DNA of 64,000 nucleotides from an uncultured Spirochaetota bacterium (GTDB lineage Bacteria; Spirochaetota; Spirochaetia; SZUA-6; Fen-1364). How positions within the stretch are numbered: the first letter of the stretch is position 1; every line of letters starts with the position of its first letter. This document shows, piece after piece, positions 52,507 through 64,000 of this stretch. The position numbers were made by a program, and so were the translations under genes. The notes below the pieces were generated by a model. The model was given only the letters and a program-made list of their open reading frames with translations, searched no databases and had not been told where the DNA came from. The stretch lies in NCBI GenBank assembly GCA_963745235.1, contig CAVUXE010000073.1, positions 42,932-106,931 on the forward strand, read 5' to 3'.

Positions 52507-52683
52507 ATGGCCAAAGGGAAAGCGAAGAACCTCGAGCTCGTCGCGCTCCAGTGTACCGAGTGCGACCGGCGCAATTATACCACCACGAAAAACCGCAAGA
52601 ATACCCAGGGCAAACTGGAGTTCAGCAAGTATTGCCGGTGGGACAGGAAGCACACTCTCCACAAGGAAGTGAAGGTAAAGTAG
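52507..52683 (+). CDS. rpmG: 50S ribosomal protein L33 (missing from the ORF track)
   Basis: [58 protein letters not shown]. Confidence 0.95.
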   Translation: MAKGKAKNLELVALQCTECDRRNYTTTKNRKNTQGKLEFSKYCRWDRKHTLHKEVKVK

Positions 52684-52849
52684 GCGGAGCCAGGGAAGGC
52701 GAGGGCGAGCGAGGGCAGGGACGGCGTTCGCGCCGAACGCGTATTCGCGTATGCCCGAGAGCGAGCCCAGAGCCATGGAGGGCGAGATCGGCCGAGGCGT
52801 TCCACGGTACACCGCGGGAGGCCTCGGCCGAAAGGCCGATTTGATCCAT

Positions 52850-52922
52850 AGGCCAGTAGCTCTAATGGTAGAGCGCCGGTCTCCAAAACCGGATGTTGCG
52901 GGTTCGAGTCCTGCCTGGCCTG
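52850..52922 (+). tRNA. tRNA-Trp(CCA)
   Basis: AGGCCAG/CTGGCCT acceptor; CCGGT-CTCCAAA-ACCGG; TTCGAGT loop. Confidence 0.96.
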
Positions 52923-52937
52923 TAACGGAGAAGAGGA

Positions 52938-53117
52938 ATGAGGAAGATCATCCTGTTTTTTCAAGAGAGCTTCGCTGAGCTCAAGAAAGTGACATGGCCC
53001 AACAGGGAAGAGGCAGCCGCTTCGACCCGGGTGGTGCTCTTGTCCACACTCATCATTGCCGCCATCCTCGGGCTCGTGGATTTCGTTCTCTTCAAGCTCG
53101 TGGACTGGATGTTCTGA
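52938..53117 (+). CDS. secE: Preprotein translocase SecE (missing from the ORF track)
   Basis: ELKKVTWP.REE..ST.VV, single TM; position between tRNA-Trp and nusG. Confidence 0.95.
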   Translation: MRKIILFFQESFAELKKVTWPNREEAAASTRVVLLSTLIIAAILGLVDFVLFKLVDWMF

Positions 53118-53124
53118 GAGCTTC

Positions 53125-53680
53125 ATGGCGAAGGCATGGTTTGTCGTTCATACCTATTCGGGGTACGAGAACAAGGTGCAGAAGCACGTGCGCATGCTCG
53201 TGGACAAGGGCACGCTGAAGGACCATGTCTTCGACGTCAAGGTCCCCTCGGAAGAGGTGGTTGAAATAAAGGACGGCCGCAAGAAGGTATCCACCAAGAA
53301 GTTCCTTCCCGGCTGACATCATGGTTGAAATGGACCTCCCGGATGTCGGGTGGAAGGAGATCTGCCAGGAGATTCGAAAGATCCCCGGGGTCACGGGGTT
53401 TGTCGGTTCCAGCCGAAACCAGAAGCCCCAGCCCATTTCCCAGGAGGAGGCCCGCGGCATCCTCCAGAAAGCTGGCGAGATCAAGGCGGACAGGGTGCTC
53501 AAGCCGCGCCAGAGCTTCTCGGTGGGGGAGATGGTGCGGATCGTGGATGGTCCCTTTGAGTCTTTCACGGGGAATATCGAGGAAGTGAACACCGAGAAGG
53601 GAAAGCTGCGGGTCATGGTCGGGATATTCGGCCGCTCGACGCCAGTCGAGGTCGACTATCTCCAGGTGGAGAAGATCTGA
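53125..53680 (+). CDS. nusG: Transcription factor NusG; +1 indel at ~53314
   Basis: WFVVHTYSGYENKV, FLPG(Y), PGVTGFVG, DGPFESF.G, IFGRSTPVE. Confidence 0.95.
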
Positions 53681-53735
53681 GCACAGTCAACAACCCTCTT
53701 GAGCCGCGCCCTCCCAGGGGTTGCGCGGCAGAGTT

Positions 53736-53795
53736 GGGAGCCTCGGCAAGCGTCGCGTCGGCGGACGGCGCCCGCGGCAGAGGCGTCAGAACCAC
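53736..53795 (+). promoter_or_regulatory. L1-binding autoregulatory leader of rplK-rplA
   Basis: GGGAGCCTC ... GAGGCGTCAGAACCAC immediately before the rplK SD, matching the known L1-site architecture. Confidence 0.65.
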
Positions 53796-53811
53796 GGAGG
53801 AGAGATAGGGT

Positions 53812-54243
53812 ATGGCAAAGAAGACAGTCAAGGCCATCGTCAAGCTGCAGGTGCCGGCAGGCAAGGCCACGCCGGCGCCGCCGGTCGGCCCCGCGCTGGG
53901 ACCCCACGGCGTCCAGGCGGCCCAGTTCTGCCAGCAGTTCAACGAAAGGACCAAGAAGCAGGAGCCGGGCGTGCTGATCCCGGTGGTCATCACGATCTAC
54001 ACGGACAAGAGCTTCACCTTCATCACGAAGACCCCGCCGGCGGCCGTTCTCATCAAGAAGGCGCTGGGGCTCGAGAAGGGAAGCGGTGAGCCGAACAAGA
54101 CCAAGGTCGGCGCGCTCACCAAGGACAAGCTGCGCGCCATCGCGGAGCAAAAGATGCCGGACCTGACCGCGAAAGACGTCGAGGCGGCCATGAAGATCAT
54201 TGCCGGCACGGCCCGCAGCATGGGCGTCACGGTGGAGGGCTGA
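53812..54243 (+). CDS. rplK: 50S ribosomal protein L11
   Basis: [27 protein letters not shown]. Confidence 0.98.
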   Translation: MAKKTVKAIVKLQVPAGKATPAPPVGPALGPHGVQAAQFCQQFNERTKKQEPGVLIPVVITIYTDKSFTFITKTPPAAVLIKKALGLEKGSGEPNKTKVGALTKDKLRAIAEQKMPDLTAKDVEAAMKIIAGTARSMGVTVEG

Positions 54244-54247
54244 TCCA

Positions 54248-54937
54248 ATGGCGCATGGAAAGAAATACCGCGGGAGCGTGGAGAAGTTCGACAAGGCGGA
54301 ATCCTATCCCCTGGAGAAAGCGGTGGAGCTGGTGAAGGAGCTTGCGTACGCGAAGTTCGATGAGACCGTTGAGGTCTCCATGAAGCTGAACATCAAGAGC
54401 AAGCACACCATCCGGGATGTCATGGCCTTCCCCCACATGTTCGGGAAGGACAAGCAGATCCTCGTGTTCGCCAAGGGGGACAAGGCGGAGGAAGCGCGCA
54501 AGGCGGGGGCGGCGTTCGTCGGGGACGCGGACCTCATAGAAAAGATCAGGGGCGGTTGGCTGGACTTCGACATCGCCGTGGCCACCCCCGACATGATGAA
54601 GGACGTCGGCAAGCTCGGGCAGATCCTGGGGCGCCGCGGGCTCATGCCCAACCCCAAGACGCAGACGGTCACGTTCAACATCAAGGAGGCCCTGGAAGAG
54701 CTGAAGAAGGGCCGCGTTGAATACCGGGCGGACAAGGGCGGGGTGGTCCACCTCGCGGTGGCGAAGGTCTCCATGGGCAAGGAGCAGATAGCGGCCAATG
54801 CGGCGGCGTTCGTCCAGGAGGTCGTTCGCAAGAGGCCCTCAGACCTGAAGGGGGACTACGTGCACTCCATCGTCCTTTCCTCCACGATGGGACCCGGCAT
54901 CAGGTTGTCTCCGAAAGACAAGTCCTTCGTGGCGTAA
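54248..54937 (+). CDS. rplA: 50S ribosomal protein L1
   Basis: AKFDETVE, GLMPNPK, SSTMGPG. Confidence 0.97.
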   Translation: MAHGKKYRGSVEKFDKAESYPLEKAVELVKELAYAKFDETVEVSMKLNIKSKHTIRDVMAFPHMFGKDKQILVFAKGDKAEEARKAGAAFVGDADLIEKIRGGWLDFDIAVATPDMMKDVGKLGQILGRRGLMPNPKTQTVTFNIKEALEELKKGRVEYRADKGGVVHLAVAKVSMGKEQIAANAAAFVQEVVRKRPSDLKGDYVHSIVLSSTMGPGIRLSPKDKSFVA

Positions 54938-54950
54938 GGAGCGGGAAAAC

Positions 54951-55496
54951 ATGGCAACCACGGTCAAGAAGATACAGCAGTACAAGACAGAGGCGGTCAC
55001 GAAGCTGAAGGCGGACTTTGCAAAGACCCCTGACCTGATTCTCTCCGATTTCCGGGGACTCACCTTTCCGCAGATGATCGAGCTGCGCGCAAAGCTCACC
55101 GAGCAGGGGACCTCCTACCGGGTGGTCCGAAACGCGTTTGCCCGCATCGCAATGCAGGAAGCGGGCCTGCCGGATGTATCCGCCATGCTGGAAGGGCCCA
55201 CGGCGCTCGCGTTCCTGGGGAAGGACCCCAGTCCCGCGGCGAAGATCCTCGTTGATTTCACCAGGAGCGCGCCCCTGACGATCAAGGGCGGCGTGGTGAG
55301 CGGGAAGGTCTTCAGCGCCAGGGAAATCGAGGCCCTTTCCCGGCTGCCCGGACGCCTCCAGCTCCTGGCAATGCTCCTGGGCACCATGAACGCGCCCGTC
55401 AGGAACGTGATGTATGTGTTGAACGCAGTGCCTTCCAAGCTGGTGCGGACCCTCGCGGCCGTGGCAGACAAGAAGGCAAAGGAAGGCGCCGCGTGA
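54951..55496 (+). CDS. rplJ: 50S ribosomal protein L10
   Basis: DFRGLT..LR, VVRN, GPTA, KGG, LP. Confidence 0.96.
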   Translation: MATTVKKIQQYKTEAVTKLKADFAKTPDLILSDFRGLTFPQMIELRAKLTEQGTSYRVVRNAFARIAMQEAGLPDVSAMLEGPTALAFLGKDPSPAAKILVDFTRSAPLTIKGGVVSGKVFSAREIEALSRLPGRLQLLAMLLGTMNAPVRNVMYVLNAVPSKLVRTLAAVADKKAKEGAA

Positions 55497-55583
55497 TCGG
55501 CGCACTCTCAGGGCGAAAATAACGGCGCCAGTCTTCACAGGAAGCCAGCTGGCACCGTTCACAACAAAGGAAGGAGAAGATAA

Positions 55584-55967
55584 ATGGCAACTCTCACAAC
55601 CGAACAGATTCTGGACGCGATTGCGGGGATGACGGTCCTCGAGGTCTCGGATCTGGTCAAGGCAATGGAAACGAAGTTCGGCGTCACCGCCGCGGCCCCC
55701 GTGGCCGTTGCGGCAGCGGGCCCGGCAGCTGCAGGCCCGGCGGCGGAAGAGAAGACGGAGTTCACCGTCGTGCTGAAGAGCTTCGATGATGCGAAGAAGA
55801 TCCCCGTGATCAAGGAAGTGCGCGCGATCACCGGGCTGGGACTCAAGGAGGCGAAGGATCTCGTGGAAGCGGGCAACAAGACGCTCAAGGAGAACATCTC
55901 CAAGGACGACGCCGCGAAGATCAAGCAGCAGTTGGAAGCGGCTGGCGCGGTCGTTGAGATCCAGTAA
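55584..55967 (+). CDS. rplL: 50S ribosomal protein L7/L12
   Basis: [31 protein letters not shown]. Confidence 0.98.
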   Translation: MATLTTEQILDAIAGMTVLEVSDLVKAMETKFGVTAAAPVAVAAAGPAAAGPAAEEKTEFTVVLKSFDDAKKIPVIKEVRAITGLGLKEAKDLVEAGNKTLKENISKDDAAKIKQQLEAAGAVVEIQ

Positions 55968-56204
55968 GAGCGCCTCGACGCGCATGAGGCGCATCCCGTC
56001 TCGCCACGGCGCACAGGCGCCATGGAGCGGAGGGGATGCGCGAGCACTTTTGTATCTACTCGATGACGAACCACCGGCGGGGAAAACCGCCGGTGGTCAG
56101 TCATTGGTACGCGACTCCGTAAGTACATGGTCGGCGGGCGCGTGGGTACGCGCTCCCCGGGCACGGGGCACGCCGAAGGCGTTCGGAACAGTCAGGGGGA
56201 CGGA

Positions 56205-59702
<3,498 letters not shown>

Positions 59703-59784
59703 GCGCTTCGCCGAAGGCGAAACGCGAACCCGCCTGGCGGGGCTTCCCAGGGAAACACGCGGGGTGGGTATATGGGGGGGTAAA

Positions 59785-64000
<4,216 letters not shown>

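Noticed and set aside
52507-52683. L33 with CxxC...CxxD Zn site as a novelty
   Set aside because: Partial ligand substitution is a common L33 variant
53310-53322. In-frame TGA in nusG as possible recoding (Sec/Trp/Gly)
   Set aside because: The protein resumes in another frame; deleting one G restores PGYIM, so it is an insertion error. TGA is also used as a normal stop throughout the window.

Overview
GC-rich bacterial chromosome window, most consistent with a Spirochaetia genome or MAG: spirochete-sized RpoB (~1165 aa), a LoaP-type NusG paralog and a BMP-type ABC system. The first 52 kb is a patchwork of catabolic and transport modules. In order these are kbl-tdh; a rhamnose-type sugar ABC transporter with DeoR regulator and URO-D-family protein; an SDR plus class III aminotransferase; an RfaE-type kinase-HAD fusion with an uncharacterised DHS-like partner; PFOR; an atypical GH29; an FGGY kinase; an FMN riboswitch-led RibXY-like ABC operon with a DUF89 phosphatase; BioY; a MetH-domain/DhaL/ChrB trio; a BMP ABC operon; ligA; an RlpA/SPOR protein; loaP-pglF-pglE; dnaE-hom-PHP-yggT-recG-rsmD; and a GIY-YIG/HD/CHRD patch. 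The last 12 kb is the core tRNA-Thr, rpmG, tRNA-Trp, secE, nusG, rplKAJL, rpoBC cluster. About 18 single-base frameshifts, several in essential genes (dnaE, nusG, rpoB, rpoC), point to long-read consensus errors rather than pseudogenes. I found no CRISPR array, integrase or transposase. The best novelty candidates are (1) the kinase-phosphatase fusion with its DHS-like partner, (2) the FMN riboswitch operon with a fused ATPase-permease and DUF89, (3) tandem repeats at divergent promoters, including a triplicated -35 box before an apparently leaderless loaP, and (4) a rhamnose-type regulon that has a URO-D gene instead of rhamnose enzymes. All functional calls come from motif recognition by eye; no database searches were run.
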